In this document: in pieces, positions 23,240-34,783 of the stretch
How positions within the stretch are numbered: position 1 is the stretch's first letter
Layout: every line of letters starts with the position of its first letter
Notes under the pieces: model-generated
The model's database searches: none
What the model was told of the DNA's origin: nothing
The model's input: the letters and a program-made list of their open reading frames with translations, nothing else
Made by a program: the position numbers and the translations under genes
Source: Verrucomicrobiales bacterium
GTDB lineage: Bacteria; Verrucomicrobiota; Verrucomicrobiia; Verrucomicrobiales; SLCJ01
NCBI GenBank assembly: GCA_046075565.1
Contig: JBJTQJ010000004.1
Span: forward strand, 1 to 64,000
Direction of reading: 5' to 3'
DNA: 64,000 bases

Positions 23240-24442
23240 TCACACTTTCAACCCGGCCAGTTTGCCATCGATCGGTTGGGTATCGGCGAGCGCGTCTTCC
23301 CATTTCACGATTTCCCCGGGACGGAAGGCGGCGAGGCGTCCGAGCTGGGTAATGCGGTTGCTCATTACACTCGGTGCAACGGTCGGATTGCTCGCGTCGC
23401 CGGCATGGATGGCCCGGCTGAATTCGGCGAGATTGAGATTCGGGCCATCGCGGTAAATAGCAGGCGTGTCTCCGGCATTCATGTTCACGCCTTCTTCGCC
23501 GCGCAGACGGACTTTGCCTCCGTATTCGGTAGAGATCATGCCTTTGGACCCAAAGACGCGGTTGGTGATGCCGCCGGGGTCTCCCCATCCACCATATTGA
23601 CGCGAGTGGAAATGAATCGGCACTTGGCCGGGAAAATTGAAGAGGACGCTGAAGTGGTCGTGGCAATCGCCGATATCCGTGCGGCCTTTGCGACTGCAGA
23701 TACCGGTGGCGGAAACCGGTGCCTGGCCCATGATCCAACCCATCACATCCAGCGTGTGGACATTTTGTTCCGTGATGATATCACCGGAAAGTGCGATATC
23801 GAAGACCCAATTGCGCAAGCGCTTCTCGGCGGGTGTTTCGCCGCCCTCATGGGGATTAAGCCTGCCTGATTCATAGATGGCCTGCCCGTGACTGAAGTCC
23901 CCGAGCACACCCTCGCGGACTTTGGCAATCGCCTTCTGAAATGGCTCAACGGCGCGGGTTTGGAAATCGACGAGGATGACCCTTTTCTTCTCTGCCGCGA
24001 GTTTGGCGGCTTCCTCGATGATCCGGCACCCAGCTTCATCGACAGCGACCGGTTTGGCCAGGTAGACGTGCAGCCCGGCCTTGATGGCCGTCAAAGTCTG
24101 GAGTGGATGGAAAAATGGCGGGCTTTCGATGGCCACGGCGTCGAGTCCACCGGCTTCGAACAAACGACGGTAGCCATCGAGTCCGGTGAAGCACCGCGCT
24201 TCCGGCAATCCATACCTGGCGGCAAACCCCGCCACCCGATCCTGAAAGTAGTCCGCCGCGCCGACAATCGTGAACAATCCCGAGGCCTTGGCCATGTCGG
24301 CGATCATGGTGCCCCGGCCGCCGCAACCAACCAATCCCAAGCGCAGGGGCGGAGCCGCTGCTCCATTCTGGGCATGGGAAATTGCCCCCAGGGTGGCGGC
24401 GCTGGCGGTCGTGATGAATTGGCGGCGGGTGGGCGGGCTCAT
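23240..24442 (-). CDS. Tat-exported Gfo/Idh/MocA oxidoreductase
   Basis: TRRQF Tat motif, GLVGCGGRG, LAKPVAVD, EQNVHTLD. Confidence 0.92.
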   Translation of the reverse strand: MSPPTRRQFITTASAATLGAISHAQNGAAAPPLRLGLVGCGGRGTMIADMAKASGLFTIVGAADYFQDRVAGFAARYGLPEARCFTGLDGYRRLFEAGGLDAVAIESPPFFHPLQTLTAIKAGLHVYLAKPVAVDEAGCRIIEEAAKLAAEKKRVILVDFQTRAVEPFQKAIAKVREGVLGDFSHGQAIYESGRLNPHEGGETPAEKRLRNWVFDIALSGDIITEQNVHTLDVMGWIMGQAPVSATGICSRKGRTDIGDCHDHFSVLFNFPGQVPIHFHSRQYGGWGDPGGITNRVFGSKGMISTEYGGKVRLRGEEGVNMNAGDTPAIYRDGPNLNLAEFSRAIHAGDASNPTVAPSVMSNRITQLGRLAAFRPGEIVKWEDALADTQPIDGKLAGLKV

Positions 24443-24674
24443 GCGTGAAAGAACGTTTGGGCGGTGTTGGCAATTTCACAGGATCTATTTCATCCAAGTC
24501 GCCGGGAAAATGACTCAATGACCCTCGACAGGCGCCAGGCCCAGGCAACACTTCGAAAATGGCCGCCACGGCGCTCCGCCCAAATCCGCACTGGCACGGG
24601 GGCCAAATCCGGGTAAGGTTTGCATTTCGGCTGAAATCTCTCATCACGGCCACCCACTCCCCCACCCCGCGCGC

Positions 24675-26477
24675 ATGTCCCAGGAACTGACCCGGAATTT
24701 CTCTATCATCGCCCATATTGACCACGGCAAGACGACACTTTCGGACCGTTTGCTGGAGATGACGCGAACGATCTCGGAGCGCGAGAAGCAGGATCAATTG
24801 CTCGATTCGATGGATTTGGAACGGGAAAGGGGGATCACCATCAAGGCCCACCCGGTCTCGATGAGCTACACCTCCGTGCGAGACGGGAAAACCTACCAAC
24901 TCAACCTGCTCGACACTCCCGGACACGTGGATTTCAGTTACGAGGTTTCCCGCAGCCTCGCCGCCTGTGAGGGAGCCTTGGTGCTCATCGATGCCGCCCA
25001 GGGCGTGGAAGCCCAGACCGTGGCCAACGTGCACCTGGCCATGGGTCAGAACCTGACCATCATTCCCGTCATCAACAAGATCGACCTCCCGAGTGCGGAT
25101 ATCCCGAAGTGCAAACATCAGCTCGAGGAAATCCTCGCCATCCCCGCGGAGGAAGCGCTACTGGCCTCCGCAAAAGCAGGACTGGGCATCGAAGATATTC
25201 TCGAGGCCATCATCGAACGCGTGCCTGCGCCAAAAGCCTTCGACGATCAATATCTGCGCGCCTCGGTTTTCGATTCCGTCTTCGATTCCTACCGCGGCGT
25301 GGTTTCCTACGTTCGTGTTTTTTCCGGCACCATGGAAAAAGGCCAGCGCATTCGCATGCTCGCCACCGGCAATGATTACGAGGTCAAGGAAGTCGGGGTC
25401 TTCACGCCTCGCCAGACGCCGCGTCAGAAGCTCATTGCCGGGGATGTCGGATACATCATTGCGAATGTGAAGAGCACGGCCGAAGTCAAAATCGGCGACA
25501 CCATCACGGAAAGCCGCCAACCGGTGAAAGAACCGCTGCCCGGCTTCAAGGAAATCCACCCCATGGTCTTTGCGGGCATCTATCCCGTGAGCACCGATGA
25601 CTTCGAGTCGCTCAAGAATGCCATCGCGAAACTGCAAATCAACGACGCCGCCCTGACTTACATGGCGGAAAGCTCGGCTGCCCTCGGATTCGGATTCCGT
25701 TGTGGTTTCCTCGGCCTGCTGCACATGGAAATCGTGCTCGAGCGCCTGCGCCGCGAATTCGACATGGATGTCATTTCCACCTATCCGGGTGTCGTCTATG
25801 AAGTGACCAAAACCAGCGGCGAAGACTTGATCGTGGACAACCCCCTCCACCTTCCCGAACCACAGGAAGTGGCGGAAATCCGCGAACCGCTCGTGAAGGC
25901 CTTCATCATGCTGCCGAATGTCAACATGGGCGACATCCTCCAGCTCGTGATGGAGAAGCGCGGCATGGTTGATCATACCGAGACGCTCGACGAAACCCGG
26001 GTCATGCTCACCTGCGTGTTGCCGCTAAACGAAATCCTCGTGGATTTCAACGATCGCCTCAAGAGCATCACCCGCGGATACGGCTCGATGGACTACGAAC
26101 ATTGCGGCTACCAACCGGCCAAGCTCGTGCGCATGGACATGATGATCGCGGGCGAACCGGTGGATGCCTTCTCGACCATTGTGCACCGGGACAAGGCCGA
26201 GAGCTACGGGCGCCGCCTAGCCGCCAAACTCAAGGATGTCATCCCCCGGCAGCTTTTCGTGGTGGCCATCCAGGCCATGGTGGGCGGGAAAATCATCGCC
26301 CGCGAGAGTATCAGCGCCATGCGCAAGAATGTGACCGCAAAATGTTACGGCGGTGATATCACCCGTAAACGCAAGCTGCTCGAGAAACAGAAAGAGGGTA
26401 AAAAGAAGATGAAAGCCATCGGACGGGTGAGCATCCCGCAGGAGGCATTCATCGAGGTGCTTAAAACCAGCGATTGA
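24675..26477 (+). CDS. lepA: Elongation factor 4
   Basis: AHIDHGKTT, DTPGHVDF, NKID, GFRCGFLGLLH, KCYGGDITRKRKLLEKQKEGK. Confidence 0.98.
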   Translation: MSQELTRNFSIIAHIDHGKTTLSDRLLEMTRTISEREKQDQLLDSMDLERERGITIKAHPVSMSYTSVRDGKTYQLNLLDTPGHVDFSYEVSRSLAACEGALVLIDAAQGVEAQTVANVHLAMGQNLTIIPVINKIDLPSADIPKCKHQLEEILAIPAEEALLASAKAGLGIEDILEAIIERVPAPKAFDDQYLRASVFDSVFDSYRGVVSYVRVFSGTMEKGQRIRMLATGNDYEVKEVGVFTPRQTPRQKLIAGDVGYIIANVKSTAEVKIGDTITESRQPVKEPLPGFKEIHPMVFAGIYPVSTDDFESLKNAIAKLQINDAALTYMAESSAALGFGFRCGFLGLLHMEIVLERLRREFDMDVISTYPGVVYEVTKTSGEDLIVDNPLHLPEPQEVAEIREPLVKAFIMLPNVNMGDILQLVMEKRGMVDHTETLDETRVMLTCVLPLNEILVDFNDRLKSITRGYGSMDYEHCGYQPAKLVRMDMMIAGEPVDAFSTIVHRDKAESYGRRLAAKLKDVIPRQLFVVAIQAMVGGKIIARESISAMRKNVTAKCYGGDITRKRKLLEKQKEGKKKMKAIGRVSIPQEAFIEVLKTSD

Positions 26478-26489
26478 TTTTCCACGACC

Positions 26490-27692
26490 ATGTTCAAACC
26501 GCGACATCTCAAGGATTCCGTTCACTTCCGCAAGGGAGTGGAGAAGTTCGTGCATTTCAAAAAGCACCTGATCGCCACGGAAAAATTGGCCGCCATCCGC
26601 AAAGGTTTGGACGAATTGCGCCTGCTCGAGGCCACGCGTCCCGATCGCGACACGCTGAAAAAGGCGCAAGACGAACTGGAAGCCCTCTGTCGCGGCTCCG
26701 TGCCCGCCTCGCACGCCAAACCGGTGGGCTGGCTCCCGGAAAACGTGGACGTCTTTTTCACCGCCATCATCGTGGCCCTCGGCATTCGCGCTTATTTCCT
26801 GCAACCGTTCAAGATCCCGACCGGTTCCATGCAGCCGACTTTGAACGGCGTGATCTCCGAGAGTTTCTCACCATCCCAAACCTTTCCTTCCCTGCCCGTC
26901 CAGGCTTGGCAATGGATTTTCAACAGCCGCAGCCACGATGACATCCGCGCCGCGTCCGATGATGCCATCGTTAAAGTGACCGAGCGTAATCTCCTCGTCT
27001 TCTTTACCCGCGCGACCATCCATATGCGCTCGGGCGAAACCCATTCCGTCTCCTCCACCAAGGCCGCCTTGATGCAGGGCGCAGGCTGGCCGCAATTCAA
27101 CGGCGAACTTTCCGGACCCATCCCCGTGAGCAAAGGTGACATCATCTTCCGCGGCAGCAGCCAGGGAGGCGATCACCTGCTCGTGGACAAGATGAGCTAC
27201 CATTTCCGGAAACCAAAACGCGGGGAGGTTTTTGTTTTCAGCACCAAGGGGATCAAGGACATCGAAAGCGGAGGCTCCTTCCGCCCGGAATTCGGCAGCC
27301 AGAACTACATCAAACGCCTCTGCGCCGTCCCCGGCGACACGCTGGAAATCACCGCCGACCACCAGCTTTTGATCAACGGCGAACGCGCGCGCGAACCCGG
27401 TTTCCAACGGGTCATGTCCATGCAGGACGGCTACAACGGTTATTTGATCCCCCCTCCGCCCTACCCTTCGGTGACAAAATTCGATCTGCGCCCCGGACAT
27501 TTCGAGACGATGCTCGGGCGGTTCTGGCGCAATGATGTCCGTGTGCCCCAACCGATCTACTGGGCGATGGGCGACAACCAGCAGAGCAGCTCCGACAGCC
27601 GGTTCTGGGGCCCGGTGCCACAGGTGAATCTGGTCGGCCCCGCGTTGATCGTCTATTGGCCATTCGGCAACCACTTCGGGTTGATCAAGTAA
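26490..27692 (+). CDS. lepB: Signal peptidase I
   Basis: IPTGSMQPTL, YIKRL, MGDNQQSSSDSRFWG; follows lepA. Confidence 0.95.
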   Translation: MFKPRHLKDSVHFRKGVEKFVHFKKHLIATEKLAAIRKGLDELRLLEATRPDRDTLKKAQDELEALCRGSVPASHAKPVGWLPENVDVFFTAIIVALGIRAYFLQPFKIPTGSMQPTLNGVISESFSPSQTFPSLPVQAWQWIFNSRSHDDIRAASDDAIVKVTERNLLVFFTRATIHMRSGETHSVSSTKAALMQGAGWPQFNGELSGPIPVSKGDIIFRGSSQGGDHLLVDKMSYHFRKPKRGEVFVFSTKGIKDIESGGSFRPEFGSQNYIKRLCAVPGDTLEITADHQLLINGERAREPGFQRVMSMQDGYNGYLIPPPPYPSVTKFDLRPGHFETMLGRFWRNDVRVPQPIYWAMGDNQQSSSDSRFWGPVPQVNLVGPALIVYWPFGNHFGLIK

Positions 27693-27767
27693 GGCCGGGG
27701 TCCACCCCAATGCTTTTCACATTACGGAAGAATCGACGAAATTTTCGCTTTCCTTCTCCCGCGCCTT

Positions 27768-27875
27768 CCAGGGCAAGAGCGAGACGCTCTTGCTACATTG
27801 CAGATGGAAGCATAAGGAGATTACCCTGGGAGTGTCCCTAGGAGCCGTAGCAAGACCGTCTCGGTCTTGCCCTGG
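27768..27875. repeat. Inverted GTAG-type REP doublet
   Basis: 29-mers GTAGCAAGAGCGTCTCGCTCTTGCCCTGG (27768-27796, -) and GTAGCAAGACCGTCTCGGTCTTGCCCTGG (27847-27875, +). Confidence 0.8.
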
Positions 27876-27924
27876 GCGATGATCTCCGCCTGCTAGACCT
27901 AGTTCCAAGTGAACGGCTTTGGGA

Positions 27925-29178
27925 TCAAATTTCCCCCTCTTTTTTATCCACCAGAAAAGCGGGGAGGAAGGGCACGATGAGCAGGATGAGCGCGGTGGTG
28001 CCGGCGTTGAGCCAGACCAAGTTATTGAAAGTAAACTTATACACATCCGAAAGATGCGCTCCCAGCACCTCCGAAACGGAGTTGCTCAGATTCCAGACCG
28101 CCATCATCACGGCATAGCCCAGAGCCTCCGAACCCTTGGGTGTGGCACGCGCCGCCAAATCGAAAAGCGGTAACTGAGCAAGGGTGTAACCGAGCACGTA
28201 CAATGCTTCGATGGCGATGGCGGAAGATTTGGAGACATAGCCCAAATAGAGAAGAGCGCAGATCGCCGTGCTGGAAATCGACATATAGAGCAATGCCCGC
28301 AAGTTGAGTTTGCGGCAAAGAAGAGGATACAATAACGCCGCCAGCAATCCCATCGGCGCACCGTAAGTCTTCAGCAGCCCGATAAACATGGGATCAAAAC
28401 CAAGTTGATTGGTCTGATAAAAGAGCAACGGCACGCCGAACCCTGGCGCGAGGCTGACAAGGAAGAGCAACCCGCTGCATATCCAGAGGTTCCTTGAGCG
28501 GAACACCATCCGGCATTGGTGGGCGATACCGAACAGCGGGCCATCGCCGTTGTGGGCACTGGACACCCGCTTCTCACGCAACAACAGGAGCGTAAGCGGG
28601 ATCATCGAGAAAAAGAGCACGCCTCCGATGATGGCTGTCCATCCGAACCACTTGCCGGCCAGGAATCCACCAAGCGGACCGACAAAAAGAAGGATTACAT
28701 TGGCGACGATCATCCGAATTGAACTTAACCTACCGGTGGCCCCGTGAGCTTGGCCGCCTTCAACGAGCAGCCCGCCAACCACCGTGCTCGTCAGCATCAT
28801 CATCACATTCAGGCAGGTGCCGAAGAAGAGCAAGGTATGGTATTGCGGCGGAATAACTCCCATCGCCAGCCAGAAAGTCCCGCTGAACACCAATCCAAGG
28901 AGAAGATAATGCCGGTGCTTCGTCCCCTTCAATGGCACACCATCAACCAGCAGCGCGGCCAACGGCTTGAAGCTCCATGGCAGTATCGCTATCCCCAACC
29001 AGGCGGCTATCTCGGTCTGGCTCACTTTGAGCCCGTCCTTGAGCAGGAACTTGATCGGCAGGTCCCCCAAGCTGCTGAATTGGCCCAGATTGGTCACGAC
29101 CATTCCCCAGCAGACCAGAATCGAGTATTGGCGCAGCGTCATAGCCGTCTCGGCGGCGCGTTCGGTGGATGTGTTCAT
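27925..29178 (-). CDS. MFS transporter, BT1/folate-biopterin-like
   Basis: About 12 TM helices; PWSFKPL...DGVPLKG; PKGSEALGYAVMMAVWNL. Confidence 0.85.
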   Translation of the reverse strand: MNTSTERAAETAMTLRQYSILVCWGMVVTNLGQFSSLGDLPIKFLLKDGLKVSQTEIAAWLGIAILPWSFKPLAALLVDGVPLKGTKHRHYLLLGLVFSGTFWLAMGVIPPQYHTLLFFGTCLNVMMMLTSTVVGGLLVEGGQAHGATGRLSSIRMIVANVILLFVGPLGGFLAGKWFGWTAIIGGVLFFSMIPLTLLLLREKRVSSAHNGDGPLFGIAHQCRMVFRSRNLWICSGLLFLVSLAPGFGVPLLFYQTNQLGFDPMFIGLLKTYGAPMGLLAALLYPLLCRKLNLRALLYMSISSTAICALLYLGYVSKSSAIAIEALYVLGYTLAQLPLFDLAARATPKGSEALGYAVMMAVWNLSNSVSEVLGAHLSDVYKFTFNNLVWLNAGTTALILLIVPFLPAFLVDKKEGEI

Positions 29179-29293
29179 GCTGGGACTTTGTCGGAGAACG
29201 GTTAGCAAGCCCCCGGTTGCGCCCCAGTTCAAGCGGATTTCATGGTTCGCCCGATTTCGCCGGCCAAGGATCAAAGATCCGGGATGCCTGCGG

Positions 29294-31867
29294 TCAATGG
29301 ATTTCGATGGTCACGCCACGCACGAGGAAGGGTTCGATCCGCAACGTGTTGCGGCCGGGTTTGAGGTGCCGGGTTACATCGAGCCGATAAGGCTTCCCGA
29401 TCCATCCACCGGCGTGCGTCCCGTTGATCCGGATGGCGGCCGCGTCTTCCTGGACATTTGTATCCATTTCGCAGACCAGAACAGCCCGGCGGCCGGGGAT
29501 CAGCAGTTCGGACGGGACCTCGATGTTCCCTTGGAAGGCTGTTCCCGCGCACGGGCTTTTCTGGCCTTGCGCAGGAACCGGATACACCACCGGAGGAACG
29601 GAGGCGTCCGTTTGGGCGGGGATCACGGCGAGCGGTTTCGATTTCGATCCGAGACGTGGAGGACGGATCTCCGACCCGCCAAAACGCAGCAGCACGCTCT
29701 CCATCGGTTCAAGGGTAATCTCCACGGCGACACCATCCTTCGTCTGCCGTGACGGGATGCCGGTGATCTCCCCGCTCATGGCATCCCAGACCTCGGGTGC
29801 GCCGGTCACTCCGGGGATCAACAGCGAGAACTTCCGAGCGCCGCCATCGATATTCTGGTTCGCCAGAAAGACCACATCGCGGCCCTCCCGATCCACCCGG
29901 CGCAAGGCGTGCAGCCAGTTGCCCGTTTCGCCTGAGAGCACGCGAACCAGCGGCGGAACTGCGGCATCATTCATCATGGTTTTGATTTCCTCCGGCGACG
30001 GAATTTCCGGCAGGAAATAACTCCGACCGCCTTGGTCATTCCGTTTGCAAAGAGATGTCCCCGACTTCTCCGGATTTCCCCAGAGCGCATCCCGCAGGGC
30101 CGCGATGTCGGCGCGTGTCTTGCCCGGGGTGAGGGATTTCTCCGGCAGGCGACCGTAGCCGACCACGATGCCACCGGCATCGAAAAACGCCTTCGCCTTC
30201 GCCAACGTGCCGTGAGGCATGGCCTCGGCCGGTGGCACCACGAGCACCCGGTATTTTTCCCCGTGCAAAAGTAATTCTCCTTTTTCGATGCGGGTGACGG
30301 CATCCTCGAATCGCTCGAAGGGCAGCCAATCGCAGTCGTAGAGGGAATCCTGCAATGCGCTGGTCAGATCTTCGGGGGTGGTGTAGACACCGACCTGCCG
30401 GGCATTGCCGCTGAAAAGCACGGCGACGGGACAGACGTGGCGACCACCCGTGAGCATCAGGGAAAGCCTGCTGCTGTAATCCGCCCACACGCGGTATAGC
30501 GCGAAACGCGGCTCGAACCCGCCATTGTAAAAGTAGGGCGGGTAGTCCTTGTCCTGTGGGGCACGTGGATTGAATGAATGCGGAATCATGAAATTGATGC
30601 TGCGGAGTTGGTGTTGATCACACAGCCACCTCATTTGCGGATAGGTGAGATCCTGATCATAACCGCCGAAGATCTCGCACATGGCGATGTCATCGCATTT
30701 GCCATAGACATGGGAAATCGAACTCCCCAATTTCGGCGTCTGATAGATGTCGTGCGGACGCTTGCCGGGATACATCTGGCGGCAAACGAGATCGATGCCT
30801 CCCATGTCGCTGTATTTCTGCAAGCGCATCATGTCCCCGGCGCAATAAGCAGGATTGAAGTAGAGTCTCCCATGCTCCATGAAATGGCCGATGGAGATGA
30901 CCCCGCGCTTGCGGCACCATTCGGAAAGCCCGCCGTAGGTGACACGGCCCTAGGTTTCCGCGCGGGCCTCGGCATACTGGTAGAATGCGGCGTCCTGGGC
31001 TTCGCCAGACAGTTTGAACTTCCACGCCACGAAGGCGGGCATCCAATCAACCCCCATCGACTTGAAGGTATCGGCAAGTTCGGTGCCCCAGTCGCCCGGA
31101 GTCTCGGGTTCGTCGTAAAAGTATCCGGGAATCGTGCCGCCGAAATCCTTGCCGAATCGTTCATGGTGTGGTTGATAGACCGTCCGGAGATACCCATCGA
31201 CACAATCGGCACTCATGCCATCAATCGCATAACGTTTCCCCTGTTTCAGCCTTGGTGCGGTTTCCCAACGGAACTCCATCACCTGCCAATTTCCCGATCC
31301 CGAGGGCGGACTCCACGCCACTTTTCCATCCGCGGCAAGTGGGGAAAGATCGATGAGTGTGGTGGCATCGACCGTGCCATCCGCCTCCAGACGACCGGCA
31401 ATCATCGCGACAAAGTTTGGATGTGCGGCGAAGCCTGATTCGCAGGCACCACCCTGCCCGACAGCCACGGCGGAAGCGGTAAGTGCTTTGGCGGCGCGCT
31501 CGACCGGGACCTTTCCACCAACCGTCTGGCTGGGCCACCAGTCCTCATCGAAGATCCACATTTGCAGGTCATGGCGTTTCGCCGCATCAAGGCAGATGCC
31601 CAGATCGCGATACCATCCCTCGCCCAGCCAATCCTTGTCGGGGCGGGATTCCGCCGTGAAACTGCCATTGCCTCCCTCCGCCACCTTGTCCAGAATCTCG
31701 TTGAGACGCTCGGGCGATTCATCCCCGTGCAGCCAGAACTACGGTCCGGTGAGGCGGCGCGCTGAGTTGGGAAGATCGCGGAATGTTTGTTGCAACGGCT
31801 GGGCGGGAAGACCGGTCAACGAGCAGAGAAGAACCGGCCAACAGAAGGAAAAGAATCGGCTTTTCAC
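29294..31867 (-). pseudogene. Secreted glycoside hydrolase (GH106/alpha-L-rhamnosidase-like), about 857 codons, in-frame TAGs at 31739-31741 and 30950-30952
   Basis: One frame from GTG 31867: signal peptide, GP*FWLHGD, WIFDEDWWPS, YFYDEP, AET*GRVTYG, IGHFMEH. Confidence 0.8.
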
Positions 31868-31968
31868 AGAACAAACGATATTTTTATCCTAATAATCGCT
31901 TGGACGATGCAATCTTTCATTGAATCGTTTCCCGAGACGTAGTAACACCCGCGCTTTGATCCGCCAGG

Positions 31969-33030
31969 CTATTGTTGTTGCTGCTGCTGTTGCTGCAAGT
32001 CGTCGTCGGAGCCGATGTGGTAGGCACCGGGGAAGACGGTCACAGCGGGAGTCGGAACTTCCTCAACGGGAAGGAGATCGGCGTAGAGAACGAAGGTTTC
32101 AAAGATGGCCGCGCCGACGGCGATGAGGCGCGACTGGAAGCGGTCGATGTAGTTGTGCAGTCCTTCATCGAGGATTTCATCGATGCTCGAGAACTCGAGG
32201 TCGGCGCGCAGGCGCCCGGCCAAACGCAAGGCATTGACGGGCAGGGCCGTGCCGCCGGCGGTCAGTTCGGCGACCTGGCGCAGGGCGCGGTCCACCTCAA
32301 GCACGCAGAAGCGCATGGCGCGGGGGAAGGAACCACTGAGGAAGAGGAATTCGAGGATTCGTTTGGGCTCGAGGTGGTTGCAGATGGCGTGGAAGGGATG
32401 GTAGGCGGAACAGGAATGAAGTAACGAGGCCCAGCGCAACGGCGCGGCGGAAGGATGAGGAGGCATCTCCAATCCGAGCGAGGAGCAGACGTCCACCTGA
32501 CGAGAGGTCTGGTCGGCGCGTTCGAGATAGGTGCCGAGTTGCAGGAACAACCATTGTTCGCCCCGGCCCATGGTCGAACGGGCGACCCCCTGGAAGAGAT
32601 AGGAGGCGCGCATGATCTCCTCGTAGTATTCATTCGGCTGCTGCACGCGCAGGCGTTCGGCTTTCGGCGAATGGAGGAAGAGATGGATGTCGTTGAGGGT
32701 GCGCCAGAATTCGTCGGAGATCTGGTCGCGCACCATGCGGGCATTCTCGCGGGCAGTGCGCACGCAGTTGCGGATACAAGTCGCATTTTCATCCCGCACA
32801 CTCAGGTATTCGGCGATCCACTCGCTGGTCACGGACGGGTAAAGTTTGGCGTATCCTTCTTCCTCACCCGTGGTCATGAGGATGGGTTCCCAGAAGCTGG
32901 CTTCGCCGCCACCACCGGATCCAGCATCCATGTAGAGCTGGCTGTTGGCATGGAGAAGACGGGCGAGGTTTTCGGCCCGCTCCATGTATCGGGCCATCCA
33001 ATAAATGCTGTCGGCGACGCGGCTGAGCAT
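31969..33030 (-). CDS. Alpha-E domain protein (DUF403) with Gln8 C-terminus
   Basis: MLSRVADSIYWMARYMERAEN, ARENARMVRDQIS, LGTYLERAD, FPRA. Confidence 0.93.
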   Translation of the reverse strand: MLSRVADSIYWMARYMERAENLARLLHANSQLYMDAGSGGGGEASFWEPILMTTGEEEGYAKLYPSVTSEWIAEYLSVRDENATCIRNCVRTARENARMVRDQISDEFWRTLNDIHLFLHSPKAERLRVQQPNEYYEEIMRASYLFQGVARSTMGRGEQWLFLQLGTYLERADQTSRQVDVCSSLGLEMPPHPSAAPLRWASLLHSCSAYHPFHAICNHLEPKRILEFLFLSGSFPRAMRFCVLEVDRALRQVAELTAGGTALPVNALRLAGRLRADLEFSSIDEILDEGLHNYIDRFQSRLIAVGAAIFETFVLYADLLPVEEVPTPAVTVFPGAYHIGSDDDLQQQQQQQQ

Positions 33031-33103
33031 GGGAAATGGGGAATGGGTGGGTTGGGGGACGGAATTCTAGGAATGATTTCGCCCGCATTGCGGGATTGCC
33101 ATC

Positions 33104-33250
33104 AATGACGAAATACCCAAACACCCAAATACCCAATGCATGAAGAAACGCGTAGTCCAGAGCGCCAATATTCCGGAAGCAAGCTGCCCCGCCCGCCGGA
33201 TTCGGACTTCGTTCTTCGGATTTCTTTGGGTATTTGGGTATTTCGTCATT
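33104..33250. repeat. MITE-like element with 26-bp terminal inverted repeats built from AAATACCC octamers
   Basis: AATGACGAAATACCCAAACACCCAAA (33104-33129) vs TTTGGGTATTTGGGTATTTCGTCATT (33225-33250), one mismatch. Confidence 0.7.
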
Positions 33251-33291
33251 CGTGTTTGTGCCTAAGGGACAGAATGCTGAGTGAGGGTAGA

Positions 33292-34767
33292 CTACGCTCC
33301 GGCGGGAGCCGAGCCGGGGCGGCCGCTGTCGTCCCAGAAGACCCAGGTGTCTTTACTGCCGCCACCTTGGGACGAGTTGACGACAAGCGAACCTTTCTTC
33401 AAGGCGACACGGGTGAGCCCGCCGGGCACGACCTTCACCCGTTTGCCATAAAGGATGTAGGGCCGTAGATCGATGTGGCGGCCTTCGAAATGGTCGTCCA
33501 CGAAAACCGGATGGCGCGAGAGCGAGAGCACCGGCTGGGCGATGTAGTTGCGCGGATTGGCAATGATGCGGGCTTTGAATTCCTCGCGCTGCGCTTTGGT
33601 GGAAGCCGGTCCCATGAGCATTCCGTAGCCGCCGGATTCATTGACGGCTTTGACCACGAGCTTGCCGAGATTTTCCAAGATAAATGTCCGCTCGTTTTCC
33701 TCGGAAGCGAGATGCGTGGGAACATTCGGGAGGATGGGCTCCTGATCGAGATAGTATTTGATCATCCTCGGCACGTAGGCATAGACGGCTTTGTCGTCGG
33801 CGACACCGGTGCCGATCGAGTTGGCCAACGCGACATGCCCATTGCGGTATGCGCTGACCAATCCGGGCACCCCGAGCATGGAATCTTCACGGAAGACCAT
33901 GGGGTCAAGGAAGTCGTCGTCGATGCGCCGGTAAATCACATGCACCTGCACGAGTCCACGCGTCGTGCGCATGAACACGCGGTCGCCACGCACGATGAGG
34001 TCACGTCCTTCGACAATGGGGATACCCATCTGGCGGGCCAGGTAACAATGCTCGAAGTAAGCGCTGTTGTAGACACCGGGCGTGAGCAGGACAATGACCG
34101 GGTCCACCACTCCGGCGGGAGCGAGATGGGCCAGGGTATCGCGCAGCATGGTGCCGTAGGAATCAACCGGTCGTACGGGCAGTGATTGCAGCAAGTGCGG
34201 AAACGCCCGCTTCATGGCCATGCGGTTCTCGAGCATGTAGGATGCGCCGGAGGGCGAACGGGCATTGTCCTCGAGCACAAAATAGGTGCCGTCGCGGTCG
34301 CGCACGAGATCGGTTCCGCAGATGTGGATGTAGATATTGTGCGGCACCTGCACGCCGTGGAAGGCTTTGCGGTAATGCGATGCCGATTCAACGACCTCGC
34401 GGGGGACGACACCATCGTTCACGATGCGTTGGGCGTGGTAGACGTCGTGCAGGAAAAGATTGAGGGCGGTGATGCGTTGGACGAGACCGGCCTCGACCTG
34501 ATCCCATTCCGAGCGGGGAATGACCCGCGGCATGAGGTCGAAGGGGAAAATGCGCTCGGTGCCACTTTCATCGCCATAGACGGTGAACGTGACGCCTTGC
34601 TTCAAGAAAGCGGCGTCCGTGGTCACCTGCTTCTGGGCGTAGTCCTCGGGCGAAAGTTTCCCCAGCGCCTTGATGAGGCTTTGGTAATGGGGGCGGGCGT
34701 TGTCTTCGCTGGTGAAGACCTCGTCGAAGAAGTCACCGGGTTCGTAGGATTCAAAAATTCCGGGCAT
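33292..34767 (-). CDS. Circularly permuted type 2 ATP-grasp protein
   Basis: [59 protein letters not shown]. Confidence 0.95.
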   Translation of the reverse strand: MPGIFESYEPGDFFDEVFTSEDNARPHYQSLIKALGKLSPEDYAQKQVTTDAAFLKQGVTFTVYGDESGTERIFPFDLMPRVIPRSEWDQVEAGLVQRITALNLFLHDVYHAQRIVNDGVVPREVVESASHYRKAFHGVQVPHNIYIHICGTDLVRDRDGTYFVLEDNARSPSGASYMLENRMAMKRAFPHLLQSLPVRPVDSYGTMLRDTLAHLAPAGVVDPVIVLLTPGVYNSAYFEHCYLARQMGIPIVEGRDLIVRGDRVFMRTTRGLVQVHVIYRRIDDDFLDPMVFREDSMLGVPGLVSAYRNGHVALANSIGTGVADDKAVYAYVPRMIKYYLDQEPILPNVPTHLASEENERTFILENLGKLVVKAVNESGGYGMLMGPASTKAQREEFKARIIANPRNYIAQPVLSLSRHPVFVDDHFEGRHIDLRPYILYGKRVKVVPGGLTRVALKKGSLVVNSSQGGGSKDTWVFWDDSGRPGSAPAGA

Positions 34768-34783
34768 GGGTATGCCTATTTGT

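Noticed and set aside
27700-27924. 6S RNA or other ncRNA between lepB and MFS
   Set aside because: Pairing is explained by the REP doublet; no 6S central-bubble architecture recognised.
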